Assembly: GCF_009914755.1 (NCBI RefSeq)
Contig: NC_060929.1
Length of the DNA: 64,000 nucleotides
Strand: one strand, 5' to 3'
DNA from: the human T2T-CHM13v2.0 reference genome, Homo sapiens
Shown: one piece after another, positions 1 to 15,100 of the stretch
Numbering within the stretch: position 1 is the first letter of the stretch
Layout: each line of letters begins with the position of its first letter
Notes under the pieces: generated by a model
Seen by the model: only the letters and a program-made list of their open reading frames with translations
Database searches by the model: none
What the model was told of the DNA's origin: nothing
Made by a program: the position numbers and the translations under genes

Positions 1-356
1 ATTTAACAACTGTTGGCCTCTGGCTAATACCCAAACTAAAGTCTTTTTCCAGCTTCGCCTACATCTTGACCCCTCATGCCAAATATTTTAGGGAGTCTAT
101 TTATAAAGTTCATCACTTCCCCTGTTACTTCATCTTTAGAAATGCCGATAATTTAGAAACTGGAATGATGCGGCTGGTCTCACAGATGAAAAAAAGCAGG
201 ATTCTATAGAAAATTTTCCTGTCATAACTTAAGAAATTAATTTATTTTCTTCTCAATTCTACAGCTAGAATGGAAGTAACACCAATGTTCTGTATTTGCT
301 TCACCCTAGTGTTCAAAGATGTTTCAAAGTTGTAGAGATTTTGAATGTTCCACTAA

Positions 357-530
357 CAGTAGTTCTTAATGCTGACTATACATTTCAATCACTTCAAACA
401 CTTTTTAAAAACACTGATACCCAGACCCATCCCAGACTGATGAAATCAGGATTGTTGGACCAGGTTCCCTGGCATTGTTACTTGTTAAAAACTCTCCAGG
501 AGATTCCAATGTGAAGCCAGATCTGAAATG
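357..530. mobile_element. MER5A-like hAT-Charlie DNA transposon fossil
   Basis: CAGTAGTTCTTAA start; ...CCCAGACCCATCCCAGACTGATGAAATCAG...CTCTCCAGGAGATTCCAATGTGAAGCCAG resembles MER5A. Confidence 0.6.
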
Positions 531-1445
531 AATCATATTAAAACTCTTAGAAACATAACCACTGCAACACAGGTATGTTGTTGCATTATCTCCCTTGGAT
601 GTGGTATGTTCTTGAAATTTACCGGTCTATCCAGTTCTGAGCTAATTCACCTGAGAGAGTTTCTCAGCTACTGCACGAAGTGAGAGAAAAAAAAATTCAT
701 ATGGACAACCTGACACTTAATAGATTTATAAGTTAAAATCACAGAAAGCTTTGCCTTTCTGAGACAACAGTCCTGATAAATATGCCCCTTTTCTGCAGAA
801 CCAGTATTAGGAACTTTCAAGGGCTTGCAAAGTAATCATTTTTATCTGGATCATATTGACTCTTTGGAGGGTTTTCAGTTGTATTTAAAAATATAAATTT
901 CACCTTGTGATATTTACTGACTTGCAAATCTCTAATAGTATGCTAATTAAATTCAATGCTGTATACTTAATTTACTCAAGGTGATAATTTTCTAATTGCA
1001 TGTATGATGTTAATGTATTATCTATTTGAGATCAAATTCACTACATTTTGTGACTTCCAAAAAAGTCAATCCATTAGACCAAAGTTCTCAGTCTTTCACA
1101 ACTAATTTATTTCTCTACCTCAGTCACTGGGAAATGGTATTAGTAAGCAGTGCAACCCAGTTCTTCCACCTCCCTCCACATGAAACAGGTCTTTTTTCAT
1201 TAAGTACCTGGTTTGTGAAGGTAACGTTATCTAGCAGCTGCGACCAAAAGGTTTACAGACTTGGAATTTTGTTCCATTATATAACTGAGATCATTATCTA
1301 ATCCCTGCTCTTTACATAAAACTTTATGTGGTTCATTTTATGGTAAGGCTTCCTACGAAATAATAAAACAATCTTTTTCTATAGAATTTGTGGAACTAGT
1401 ATTTTTATTTTCCTGTCATGTCTTGCCTTTTCTGACTTCTGTCAT

Positions 1446-1471
1446 ACACACAAACACACACACACACAGAG
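1446..1471. repeat. (CA)n microsatellite
   Basis: ACACACAAACACACACACACACAGAG. Confidence 0.85.
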
Positions 1472-2344
1472 ATACATGTGTATGTTTGTTTGGCAACATA
1501 GGAGGGACAAGCTTAGTTTCTCGTATTCTACGTGTCTTATAAGATCATGGTTTGCTATGTTTACAGATTTATCCCCTTCTATTAGAGTACCCGAAGTTCT
1601 TTTAAAATATACAAGATGTTTTCCTACTGGTATGACATCCCTGAAGTACTTGTCTTTCTTTAGTTTTATTCTTTTAGAACAAGAAGGAAAAAAAAAACCC
1701 GAGAAATAACCTTTAAAGTTTTTTAAAAATTACTTTGTAAGAGATGTAAGTTGAATCTCCTCTATATAAAGTATTCTTGGGTAGCTCCCTGTTTGGCCCT
1801 TTTCTCTTATTCATAACTTGTCCCATATCCCTTGTCAAAACAGTGGGTTGCAGGGGAGGACCCGGATCAGGCCATCCTTCCTTTCAGCTGTGTCTAGGAA
1901 ATAGGGCAGGAGTGGGCGCTGAGGAGGAGTATGTCCTCCCAGTTACCTTGAGATCTGCCACAGTGAGGTTTCTATGGCATACCAGAGAATGGAAAGAAGA
2001 TTAGGTTGGCACTTCCTACTTCTGATACCATCTTCACGGCTTCATTAGGTGCCCCCAATTTCCACAGAATCTGAAGTTCTGGGCAAGGCCTGCACAGCTT
2101 TTCTAAATGAGAAAGCAAAGTTGAGAATATGGCAGGCCATACGAAAAACATATGAAAGTCTGCTATGCTTCCAGAGGGCAGACTAGCCCCCAAAACTTTT
2201 TTCTGGAGTACTGCCAGGATTTGACTCATCATTTAAGACTCACCTTAGGCATCCTTGACTGAAGATTGACCTAACCAGTCATCTCCCAAAAGAGCTGAAC
2301 ATTCTATCAATTAAGCGTTTACCTCATTTTCAACATGCCTGCAG

Positions 2345-2505
2345 TATAGTGTTTATCACATTACATTTATAATTGCACTTTGCATATTCAACTCCCTCAT
2401 CAGACTGAATTCCTCAACAACAGAGTTTCCATCTCTCACTTTTGTATCCCTAATGAAACACTCCCATGAAACACTTAGTGAAAAGTTGACTGATGAGTTA
2501 ATAAA
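2345..2505 (+). mobile_element. L2 3' end fragment
   Basis: TCCCTCATCAGACTGAATTCCTCAA...CACTTTTGTATCCC...AAAAGTTGACTGATGAG resembles a degenerate L2 tail. Confidence 0.45.
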
Positions 2506-2650
2506 TTTATACAGTTGACGTCCAAGAAGTGTTGGGCAATAGCAGTAGACATTTTATTGGCAGAGCCAAAGGTAGTTTTCAATTTATAGGTTTATTTGTT
2601 TCTGAAACTGTAAGAATGCATGGATTTGTATGCCCAAGTTCAAGATTCAC

Positions 2651-3480
<830 letters not shown>

Positions 3481-3619
3481 ATTCACATTTATCTTCTTTT
3501 AACTAGTGGTTCTCAACCCCAGCTTTACATTAAGAGCTCCCAGGCAGCTCGGAGAAACTGCAATACCTGGATGGCAGGCCAATTTAATCTGAATCTGGGA
3601 GTGGAACTTGGGCATTGGT

Positions 3620-3748
3620 GTATGTGTGTATATATTTGTATATTTGTAATATGTGTATTTACATATTTATAAATACACATAAATATAAATATGCATATTA
3701 TAAATATACATAAATACACAAATTATATATATGTATATTTATATATTT
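3620..3748. repeat. (TA/TG)-rich low-complexity tract, probably a decayed Alu tail
   Basis: TATGTGTGTATATATTTGTATAT...ATATATTT directly abuts the AluJ 3' end. Confidence 0.75.
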
Positions 3749-4334
3749 AGAGACCAGGCCTTACTCTGTCACCAGATTGGAGTGCAGTGGCACTACTATA
3801 GCTCAGCACAGCCTTGAAGTCCTGGCTCAAGAGATCCTCCAGCCTCAGTTTCCCAAGTAGTTAGGACAACAGGCATATGCCACACCATCACGCTTGTTTT
3901 TTCAAATTTTTTTTTTTTTTTTTGAGATGGAGTTTCGCTCTGTCGCCTAGGCCGGAGTGCAATGGCGCAATCTCGGCTCACTCACCGCAACCTCCGCCTC
4001 CCGGGTTCAAGCGATTCTGCCTCAGCCTCCTGAGTAGTTGGGATTACAGGTGCCCAGCAGCACACACAGCAAATTTTTGTATTTTTAGTACAGACGGGGT
4101 TTCTCCAGGTTGGCCAGGCTGGCCTCGAACTCCTGACCTCAGATGATCCACCTGCCTCCGAAAGTGCTGGGGTTACAGGCATGAGCCACCATGCCTGGCC
4201 ATTTAAAAAAAAAAATTTGGAGACTGGATCTCACTATGTTGCCCAGGCTGGTCTCAAACTCCTGACCTCAAGTGATTCTGTAGCCTCAGTGTCCCGAGTA
4301 GTTAGGATTACAGGCAAGAGCCACTGTGCCCACC
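3749..4334 (-). mobile_element. AluJ split into right arm (3749-~3900) and left arm (~4201-4334)
   Basis: AluJ-type text (ATAGCTCAGCACAGCCTTGAAGTCCTGGCTCAAGAGATCCTCC; TCACTATGTTGCCCAGGCTGGTCTC) lies on both sides of a younger Alu. Confidence 0.85.
3907..4200 (-). mobile_element. AluS nested in the AluJ linker
   Basis: Poly-T, GAGATGGAGTTTCGCTC...GAGCCACCATGCCTGGCC. Confidence 0.92.
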
Positions 4335-5028
4335 TAACATCAGTATTTTAAAATAATTCTCCTTACAGCCAAGGATTCAGAACCACTTATCTAAGCTAAC
4401 TGTTCAAAGGAAATCCAATGTTTTATACCTATGACCTTGTCACTTGGCATATACCAAAGATCAGTTACAGCCCATAGTTTTCTAACGAATTCTGCTTGTG
4501 AGAAACTTAGTTGATTTTAGTCTTTGGATGATTAAATTTTTTAAAAAGGCTTTTGAAGTGCAGTATTAGCTACATCGCAATCTTCTTCAAGGAATATTAC
4601 TAATAAGTTTATGCAATTATCTTTTATAGAATTAGCCAACAGCTATAACTTCCTCCTCAGTCTTAGGGTAATCCAGGCCTTTACAGTGAATAATTATTTC
4701 CTGCATATTTACAACTCAAATGGATATTAATATAAATATGGTGTTTTATGGAGTCTTAGAGCGTGCTTTACAGTTAGAAGATTCCAAAGAGACAGAATTC
4801 AAACAACTTTAGTCAAAATCACATTAGGAAGTAGATATAACTGGCCTCAGTGGTTTTGCTGGAAAGAGAAGAATGAACACTGAGTGTTACCAATGGGACT
4901 TAATATTGCATAAAGCACACAAAACTTCCCCGCCAGTGGGCATCGTAAGTGACAGGAAGGCTGTTTATCACTGAAATCAATTAATTCCAAATAACACATT
5001 GAATCCCCAAATCTTTAAGTCACATTTC

Positions 5029-5334
<306 letters not shown>

Positions 5335-6489
5335 CAAGTCACATTTCAAATAGACGAATTTTTAAATACAGAGAGCATAGATTATTTGCATGCTTGCATG
5401 GTAATCCAAACAAGCATTTCATTCTCTTCAACAGTGAAACAAAGCGGAAGCAAATGTAGTTACTAATATGAACTGTGGAAATTTGGCAAGGAATCCATGA
5501 CATTAAAGATATGGTAGCTATTAATTTTGAAGTCCAAAGCTTGTATATCTGGTAATTCAGAAATATGTGAGTCCCATTTGACCTCTGGCCAGCCTCTCTG
5601 TCCTCACTTCTAGTCAGCAGTACGGCAATACTTTTATGAAAAAACAAGGAAACTGTTTATTAGAATAAAGAAAGTTCATATTGTTTCTCATGGTAAAAAT
5701 TCTAAAAATGATCCTTTTCCTTTTTCAAAAGGTCTTTTACTGAACCCAGAAAAATTCAGTTAAAAGCTAAAAGCTATGCACTTGATGAATAAACTTGATA
5801 TAATATTTCTTATTTTCAAATATAATATGACCTTGTTCTAACTCATCAGTAGTTATTTCACATCTAACTTTGGTTTTAAAGTTTTGTTGTTTTCCTTTTT
5901 TAACTACAAAGAAAAAGTTTAAAGGTGTTCTTGAAGTTGAATTCTCTAGAATATCCATCTGCACTAATTAAATTTACTGAATAACTCCTGAAATCCATTT
6001 AATATTCATTTATAGGCTCTGTTATACATCTCACATTTTTGAATTAAAACCATATAAATTACTATGATTCTTGCAAATGAAGGTTAAAAATTAAAACAGC
6101 TCAAGAAATGAATAGCAAAGTGGTCACTAGACAGTGATGACATAAAACGAGATTTTCCCATTTCAATTAACGCTAATATCGTAGCTGGAAAAATATATTT
6201 TCGCAAATAGTAAGACATTGCTTGTGAAAAGATTTATCAAGCAGTTGATAATATATGTTTTTCTCACTTCACATCAACAATGTGGAAGTATATATCACAG
6301 GCCAAGAATTAATACACTTCTTTTTAAAAACAATACAAACATGTTTACACAAACTTAGTTATATTGTCATTCCAAGGTTACTAAATATTTTTCCCTAAGA
6401 TGCCAGGCAAAATTAAGACTCAATAATTGACTCTTTCCTTCTTCTTATCTAACAGATAAGATCATGTATGTGAGATTTTGGCTTAATAA

Positions 6490-6740
6490 GAAGAGAGTGG
6501 ACTTGAGACTATCTGGGGTTGAGATTCTAGGTCTGCCATTAAGTGGGTAACTTTGGACAAGTTACTTTGTAAATTTTTACCTCAGTTTCCTCATCTATAT
6601 AATCGGGATAGTAACTGCACCTACCTCATTAAGTTTTGAGGAATAAATGAATTAATGCATATAAAACTTCAGGCCTATAGAATAGTGCTCAAGTATACGG
6701 TATGCTCTCAAAAAAATGTTAGCTGTGGTTTTTATTGTCT
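6490..6740 (+). mobile_element. MIR SINE
   Basis: Core ACTTTGGACAAGTTACTT...CCTCAGTTTCCTCATCTATATAATCGGGATAGTAA...CCTACCTCAT. Confidence 0.8.
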
Positions 6741-8386
6741 TATTATAATTAGTAATTCTTTCAAATTAATAATATAAGCTTTTACACACATATCATAAAA
6801 GTTATTAAAATTATTAGAGATATTTTGAGTAGTGACGCTGAAGAAAGTAAAAGTGGAATTCCTAAGTCATACTTGAAAGTATCAATTATATTTATAGAAG
6901 ATCAGTCCTACTTTCAACCACCAAGCCAGCAAGAATTGAAAACCAACTGGTCAACATATGTCGATGCAGATGGAAAAAGGATACAACTGTCTTTAAATTC
7001 CCTAAAGAAAGCTGAGTGGAGAGCCTTCTGGTCACTGCAGTCCAACCTATCATTACGCGTGCAGCGAGACTCTTTGATGGATTTCTTAGTCTGTGAATAA
7101 TATATATTTTGGGGACAGTGTCACAAAAATAATCTGTCTTTGCTCCAAAAAGACCTATGACTAAGCAAACGCAAAGAAAGAATTACCTCCCAACCACAAA
7201 GGAGGGTGGTACCCCCTGTGTTGGAAATCAAGACAACTGGCAAAACTTTAAAAAGTATTTTTGAGATAAAAATGGCCCCACGGTGCATATCCTGGAGAAC
7301 CAGGAAAATTTCACGTTTCGGAACTACTCTTCCTTTAACTTTAAAAAATAAAGCTGGGGGAAAAATATCTGATTACTTCTTTATGAAGCATACTAAATAA
7401 AAAAGCCTACCTTTTTAGAAGATCTGGTATTTACAAGCATTTCACAAGGCAAAACACAACTGCAAATATTCAGTTTCGGTGAATACTGCTAAGAGGCGTA
7501 AGCTTTTCCCCCAGTGAAATTTGGGATGATATTTACACTTTGAGTGATAGAAGATTTTAAGGATTAGTAAATCAGGATAAGTATAACTAAGTTTGCCTCT
7601 GGAGTTTTGTCTTGAAAGGATGTCATGTATATTCAAATTGCAGCAAAATAAATGATTCTGCTTGTTCTCCAAGTCCGTGTGACACCCCCCACCCAATACT
7701 GGCATAGTTAGTTAGTGAGGCTGTCTACTTTCTTGTAACACACTACAATTCTCCCCCACCTCTACCACCGGTACTTTAAGGAGAAGAGAGAGAGGCTATG
7801 ACAACCCACATGATTCAACTAGAACATTCTTATCAGTTCACCACCTATGATTCTTGGCCTTTTATGCCAAGAGCAAATATTCCGAATTACCCAAAACAAA
7901 GCAATGAAATTACTTACAGGTTAGATAAAAAGTCGAGTTATCTGATGTGTAAGATTACAGATAAATTAAAATGTTGGCAGTAAAAAGTGAACTCCAGAAT
8001 TGTTCTTTATGATTCATCTTAAATCTATGTGCTATGTTCACATCGTCAAAAAACATTATAAAATCAACTTACAATAGGCACGTATACATTATAATATTTG
8101 ATATAAAACAAGGATTCCTTTTTCTTTACGAATTAAGAAAACTTACTACAACAAGCACATGATAGAACTCTAGAAAGATAATTTAGCAATTAATCTATAT
8201 GATGTGACAACAGTGCCAGTGAGTTCTAACTGTAAATTATTATCTTGCTATAATGGCAAAGTTGTTTCACAAAGGTCTTAATTTATATTGCTGGATTTGT
8301 CTATGTGACAATATATCAGTTTCACAATCACGTTATGTCTTAAATGTATTTTGTAATTTTTTCCTAGGCAGAAATCTAAAACTAGT

Positions 8387-8390
<4 letters not shown>

Positions 8391-8437
<47 letters not shown>

Positions 8438-8443
8438 CATATA
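8391..8443. repeat. (TA)n microsatellite with CA interruptions
   Basis: About 26 AT dinucleotides with two ACAT interruptions. Confidence 0.95.
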
Positions 8444-11104
8444 GCTTCATTTGTACAAATTGTCATTCCTTAAAATATTTTCTTAATCTGCATTTTTAGT
8501 GCATGTGAACTATAACTTATTTAAAAAAGTTTAATTTTCCTGAACGTTGTATTGTTCTCCAAGTCAAAAATTATTTTAAAATGCTAAAACTAGCACTTAA
8601 GTACCTTTTTAAAGCCTTCAATTCTGGGAGATATTTAAATACCATGAACTGTACACAACATGTAAATATGTCCATTATCTATCTGCATATGCAGTCCCTA
8701 CTTACTACACATACTTGACATTTCAAATTCTGTTAACTTACTACACTTATTAATTCAGAAACGAATGCAACTTCCATTGCTCAAATTTTTTTAATTCACA
8801 TAGTACCAGAAAAATTATTTTTTATGAAGACAACAAAAACTGATTTTTTATTAAGAACAGTCAATAGAAATAGAGAAATCTTAACGAACAAAAATTAATT
8901 TCATAACTAATTATCTAGTATGCTTTTAAAACATGCATGCTTACAAAAATAAAATGTCACATTATTTTGTGAAAGGATGGTGTATCACGCGTCTCTATAT
9001 GGGCTAAGAAAGTTTTGGTAGTTTAACTACTTTGGGTTTAACTTAGTGGTGTCAAACACTTAGGGAAATCAGTACTATATATCAGATCAAATAACTGGTA
9101 CTTACGGCCATATCCTAAGTATTCTATTACAATACATTTTTTAAACAATGCTTTGACTTGAGTAGGAAGGTAGGTTTGCTTTTAGTATGAGGGAAGATAT
9201 GTATTGAAGGATTATGCAGTAAATTTCATAATTGGAAATTTAATAATTTTATCTAAAAATCTTTGGTTTATTTTAAACAATCCTATAAAAATTTACTCAA
9301 ATTTTAATATAATACATTTCATAATTAAAGATGTTTGTGAACTTTTAAAATTTTATTTTTAATGGAAAGTAAATATTTGGTCAAAAATATGTTTGGAAGA
9401 AAGCTTTTGGTTTATGAATATAAAAGTTTCTTAGAAATCTCTTAAGGGCTGAGCACAATAAAACTAGGGCAATGCATATATTCTCAGTTACTCTTTAAAA
9501 AAACCTGTAAAAGTGACTATAGTGGCATGTTCTGACACATTCTTTTCATAAACCGAACCCTGTTAGTGACAGCAGAACAGATTGTGTGCATCTGCTGGGA
9601 ATGAGCCAGATGACAGTGGAAAAACGCACATGGATACCTTGGCACAGCAAATAAAAAATGGAGAAAAAAAGACCTGGAAGAGAAAGTGTTCAACTTTAAT
9701 TGAAACATTCTTTCCAACATGATGAACATCATCCAACCACCTCTTTTAGCCTGTCAATTTTACATATAAAAATGTGTTTTAAAGGAGTTCTTTGTAAATT
9801 AGAGCTGTTTTGTCCTCTCTCAGCACTAAATATTGACTCCGGTTTTGGGTTATTTCTTCAAATTATGGCAATGTAATAAGCATTAGGGTAGAAAAAGAGG
9901 CCAAACCACTCTACCACAGCCTGGTACAAAAACACTAAACTTATAAAAACCCTTTCGGGTTCAAGTCAAATTTTAAATATCTGGGGTAAGTTTTTGAATT
10001 ATGTGGGTATTGTATTGACAAGTGCCAAAGATGCCACAATTCAAATATTCTGCAAATGTGACTATTGTAAATGTTGCTTGTGCTCAAGAGTGCTACAATA
10101 TTTTATTTTATGCTGATCAACCACAGTATTGTTTAAACAGTTGGCTCAATAGCGGTAGAGAGGTCCATACATAAAAACAAATGTGCTTCTATAAATCATA
10201 TCAAGAAGTTTTCTCGGATGCTCTGATTACAATGAAAATTTATTCTATACAGTTACAATGCAAATTTTAAACTGAAGATGAAGTTGTTTAATAGATTAGT
10301 AGTCTGACTGAAGCAGCTGCAGTCAAAAAAAATTCTGGTGATTAACAGCCATTTTCCAGTAATCATAACCCTGGAAAGGGCTACTAAGTAGGGGGAGGGG
10401 GTTGCAGATGGGAATAATTCTCTAAGCCCATGTGCCTTAGAGGGCTCCATCATCTTCATGCAGACTTATTATTATTATTATTATTTTTAAATTAAAGCTT
10501 TTAGAGGCGTCCTTGATTGCAGTGTTGGGAGCTGTCCATGCTGTTTTACCATAGGGAAGTCCACTCTGCAAGTATTCCTTGTGCTGAGCACTCTTTATCC
10601 AGGCATTAAAACAGAGTTAGAAAAGAAAGCTGAAATGCAAGGTGCACACTAAAGGGGCATTATTCAAAAGCATGATAACAATTTCAAGTGGTTGCAACTA
10701 GCCAGGTTGTATAAACTGGGCATGTCTCATCAATATTACCTGACATCCAAAATATGATTTTTTTTGAGAAACCATGTGAACAGAAAAGCTGAACAAAAGG
10801 GGTTCCCTGACACCAGTAATACTCACATTTTTAAATCTACATTTTACCTAAATTTGTTTGCGTTATCAGAAGGTATAATCCTCAGGTACAATTCTGCATT
10901 TTCTATACTTTATGTTTTTTTCTTACATAAATAAAAATACCCAAATTAAGACAAGTTCACTTATTCATCATCTCAAAGTTGATAAGCTGTGGTCATAATG
11001 AATAAGCCCTCAAATCTAGAGAAAAATAGGATAATAAGGGTACCATTTGCTGGTTATATTTTCTTTTCAAATAAAAAATGCATTTCATCTTTATGGGAAA
11101 ATAC

Positions 11105-11165
11105 AATTCATTCATTTATTCAACAAATATCTATAGAGTACCTATTATATGCAAGAGTTCTTGTG
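11105..11165 (-). mobile_element. L2 3' tail fragment
   Basis: ATTCATTCATTTATTCAACAAATATCTATAGAGTACCTATTATATGC. Confidence 0.6.
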
Positions 11166-11744
11166 AAGAAATATAAAGACTAAAAGAACACACATTCATC
11201 ATAAATTAATTCCATTTCTACATATAATCAAAGTTGTCTAATAAGAAAAATAAAAAAAAGGTTATTAATGTATACAAAAGTGGATAATACTAAGAAAAAC
11301 ACCTAGAACTCTTGGCGAGGCTGGTTTCACCATTAAAATCATCTAATAACTGTACATGAAACATTTCCTCCAAACTGAACTTTCATTAAGACTAAGGAAT
11401 AATCTACCTGCAATTCAGAACTTTGAGTAAATGACTTTTAAAATTCATGGATGGTATCATTTTGTTTCTTTGGTTCCATTTCTGGTTCTAAAAATAATAT
11501 ATTTATTTAATAACATCAAATCTGTGAAAGGTTTTGATTTTTTTGGAGAAAGAAGTATATTGAACTTAGCAATCATTAGAATTGACCCACGACTGTGTAA
11601 GAATTAGATACTTGCTCTGAATGTGACCCAAATTTAATGGACTGAAAGTATTATTGAAAAATAATTTTAATAACCATCCCACCAAAAATTTCTAAATGAT
11701 CATTAGCAGAAACTTAAAATGACTAAAATATAGTACAATGCTAT

Positions 11745-11955
11745 GATAATAATTTAATATTTACTGATCATTTACTATGTATCTGCATTACGGTTTTATA
11801 TGTATTATCCTAGTAAATCCTTAAAAAACTTTAAGAGGTGGGTGATTTTATAATTCCCATTTTACAGATCCTGGTACTGGGGCTTTCTGGTCATTAAAAC
11901 ACCTGCCTAAAACCACTAATCAGTAAATGGGAGGCTGGCTTTTGAACCCAGTTTT
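11745..11955 (-). mobile_element. MIR SINE
   Basis: ATTTACTGATCATTTACTATGT...ATTCCCATTTTACAGAT...TTTGAACCCAG. Confidence 0.7.
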
Positions 11956-12168
11956 GGTCGTTGTTCTTAATCATTATTCTTTATTGTTTATGGACATGTT
12001 TGTCTAATAGCATAATATGTAGAATCAAAGAAATGATATTAAGTGTGGAAATGGAGTCTCCAAACTCTTTATGCTTGTTTAAACGATCTTCTCTCTCGAG
12101 AGTGTATCTTCATCCTTTCATGCTTTTTCTCTCTCTCTGCTCTCCCACACCGATGCTCCCCACACCGT

Positions 12169-12196
12169 ACACACATACACACACACACACTCACAC
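12169..12196. repeat. (CA)n microsatellite
   Basis: ACACACATACACACACACACACTCACAC. Confidence 0.85.
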
Positions 12197-15100
12197 CGTT
12201 GGAGTTCTGGTCTAACACTTACTTCATAGAGCAACCTAAAAGGCATAATGTGGTTGAACTTGTCCAATAACTGTACCACTTCCTGGGAGTTCATGAAGCT
12301 GTTCATGTTTGCAACGAATATACCATCCAGTGACTCTAAAGCTGCTGTTGTTCTTTACAAAGACATGATCCTATAGCCCTGGCTATTTCAAGATCAGTGT
12401 CCGCAGTTGTTTCAAGACATGGCATTGGGCTGTGATGAACCACATCAGTTTCTCAAGTGTAAGGAGGTAAGTTAGCATCTAAAACAATTCTGTCGCCCAT
12501 GTGTAGTCAAAACAAGTTAAAAGTGCACTTGCTTTCACGATACCAAATACTTTGAAGCAAGAAGGAAGCTCAGACAGGAGAGAATCCAAAAACAATGAAA
12601 ACGGAAGGAAAAAACACTGAAGTCAAGAATTCTCTGATTTTTTTGAAGCTATAAAATGAGAGAAGCGGAGGGAAAAAATCACATAACGCTCACTCTAAAT
12701 CAAGCAAGATCAAACAGTCTTGGAAGGGATATTGCCGATTCATTTCAACCCAAGAGTCATAGGGAAACAATTAATGGGTACTGAGTATCTTACTCAGCCT
12801 TCTGCAAATCTATCAATGTCGTCACGGATTTTTTTTTTTTTTTTTTTTTGGTTTATGTAAGGGGGGAAATATTCAAACATGAAATGAAAGAAAAAAATAG
12901 TCAAAATTATTTACTTTAACTTCTAACCTATATAGAGTCTAAGTGGACTTCCAATAAATACTAGAAATAAAAAAAAGATTCACTTAAAAATAGACAAATT
13001 TGTTAGATTTCATTTAGTTAAGAAAAATCATCCAGAATAAATTAGGTCTGGATTTATATAGTACCTTTTAAAGATATTAATGTTAACTGTAATAGAAGGG
13101 TGAAAAGATCTACTTTTTTAACCACATAAACCTTTACAAAAAGACCACCCAACAACTTAATAAGGCTCCTCAAATATGGATGAAAATCCGGTACCTTAAA
13201 GAAGTAATTGTTTTAATGGTTAACAGAGTTTAAAATTTCCCAAATTCTTGACCAGAGAATTACTTACTAGGCGAACCTCTAATAGAGTCAACGTTTTAAT
13301 CGGGTATAGTTTTATCATACTTAAATGGCAAGATAGCGAATTTTCTATTTTAAAATTTCCATTCCATACATATGTTCAATAGTTGAAACTTTACAATGTA
13401 TCTGACAATACCAACGGGTATGATTCAAATGACCCTACTGTTCCAGAGAATTTCCAAGAAAATAAAGAAATCTCTTACAATAGCCTAAATAGAAGCATAG
13501 TTTTAATTTGAATTTTTAAATGTGTGTAATTTTCTAACAAATAAATGTCAGAAAGTATTGACTCATATATATATTAGCATTTACAAAACAAAGTTTAACA
13601 TCTTTTTCCTCCCTTGCTAATGGGCCTTGAAAAAGTGCCAGGTGTAGGAATATGCCATTGTTATCATATTCTTATAAGCTGCCTTATACATTTTTTAAGA
13701 TCTATGTTGTATTAATTTCTTAACAATTTATCGGGAACATTTGCATTCACAGAAAAATAAATGCTTGATATTTAAACATAATTAAAATTATCATTCTTAT
13801 CTATTTAAGTTTCAAGAGAAATAAAATTAAATTACACTTAACTGTTGGTCTAATTTGGTAAATTTCATATAGGCAATTAATAATTAGTGTAGTGGGTTAA
13901 CAACTAAGCTAACATTTATACACTATTCATATACTGTTAAATCAATAATTTAGTTTAAAAATAAAATTAGAACAAATATTTATTAAGTGGTAACACTTTC
14001 TCCTGAAGGCTCCCATTTAATACATTTCTAAAGAAGAAGGCTAGTTTTAGAAAGGTGTGCTGGCAATAATCTGATTGCACCTCATACAAATGAGAATTCT
14101 ACTGATTGAAAGGAGCCATGGCAGCTAGAAATTATTTTTTAATAGGATTTTTTAAAAATCACATGGGTAACAGTTGAAAATGTAACTGGTAATTAAAGCC
14201 TGCTTCTTAACAAAGTTTTACTTTATTTTTTAAGGAGAAGTACAAGCTTTTAGACTATAGTTTCAGATACAAGGAATATTAGTGCAGATATTTAGAAGTC
14301 AATTTATTTTGCATGGTATTATACACAGAACTTACACTGTACCTTTCAAATGAAAAGCATAAAACAAATCTGAAAACTAAAAGCTCACATTTTCTCCCCC
14401 TGTACTCTCTATTTTGACCTAATAATCATTTAAAGTGTGGGTGTTTATCAATAAAAATTTTTGCAGCACCACACATTGTGGTGGAACGTTGCTATTTCCC
14501 GAGATAAGTACAAAAAACCTCAATGCTAATTTGCATCACAAAATGATCTAACATATCTGGAATATAATGCACAAGCTTCATTGAAAAGAAACCATTATAT
14601 TTTTCTTTTCGAAACAAAAAGTACAGATATCTGATTGGGTCTGGGTGTGCTGGAGGTAGGGGGTGGGGAAGAGGTCTCATTTTCTATCTCACACCTATTG
14701 TTTTATGTATTCTAAACTGCTATATGGGAATAAAAAGGAAACATACTGAATCCACTTTGCAGTTAATGTCTTAGTAATTTAAGAGGCAGAATTTTCAAGT
14801 TAAAGAAGGGAAACATTATACTTTTCCTTTCCCAAAGGTATTTCCCCTATTTCCCAGGAAGAAGGCCCTCTGTTCCTTACCCTATGTAGGGGGAAATAAA
14901 GGACATTAGTTAGGGCTGAAATCACTCCGAGACAGAAGAGGGGAAGTTTATGATGTGGCACTGTGCACAGTATCTGGTCTGCAGCCAGGAAGTTTTCATT
15001 TTGTAGCTCTGCTGCCAGTACCTGCCCTGCATATTCAGGAATAAAAATATACCAGAACTCTACCTGAAAAACTGTGGATGTTACAAAGAATTAAAAGAGT

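Larger units (their letters stand above)
3504..4388. mobile_element. MER5A-like element split by Alus (pieces ~3504-3617 and ~4338-4388)
   Basis: Termini TAGTGGTTCTCAACC... and ...CAGCCAAGGATTCAGAACCACTT are the inverted ends typical of MER5. Confidence 0.6.

Noticed and set aside
215-228. TTTCCTGTCATAAC, resembling the recalled Mef2c endothelial FOX:ETS enhancer
   Set aside because: The essential following AGGAA core is absent (TTAAG instead), and as I recall that enhancer lies further inside the gene.
11488-11497. Isolated MEF2-like 10-mers (CTAAAAATAA here; TTAAAAATAG at 12984 and ~42803)
   Set aside because: Common by chance in DNA this AT-rich, with no supporting motif cluster.
12461-12472. 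Perfect + strand donor AG|GTAAGT (another at ~58144)
   Set aside because: An 8-mer is expected about once per strand in 64 kb, and there is no convincing exon context.
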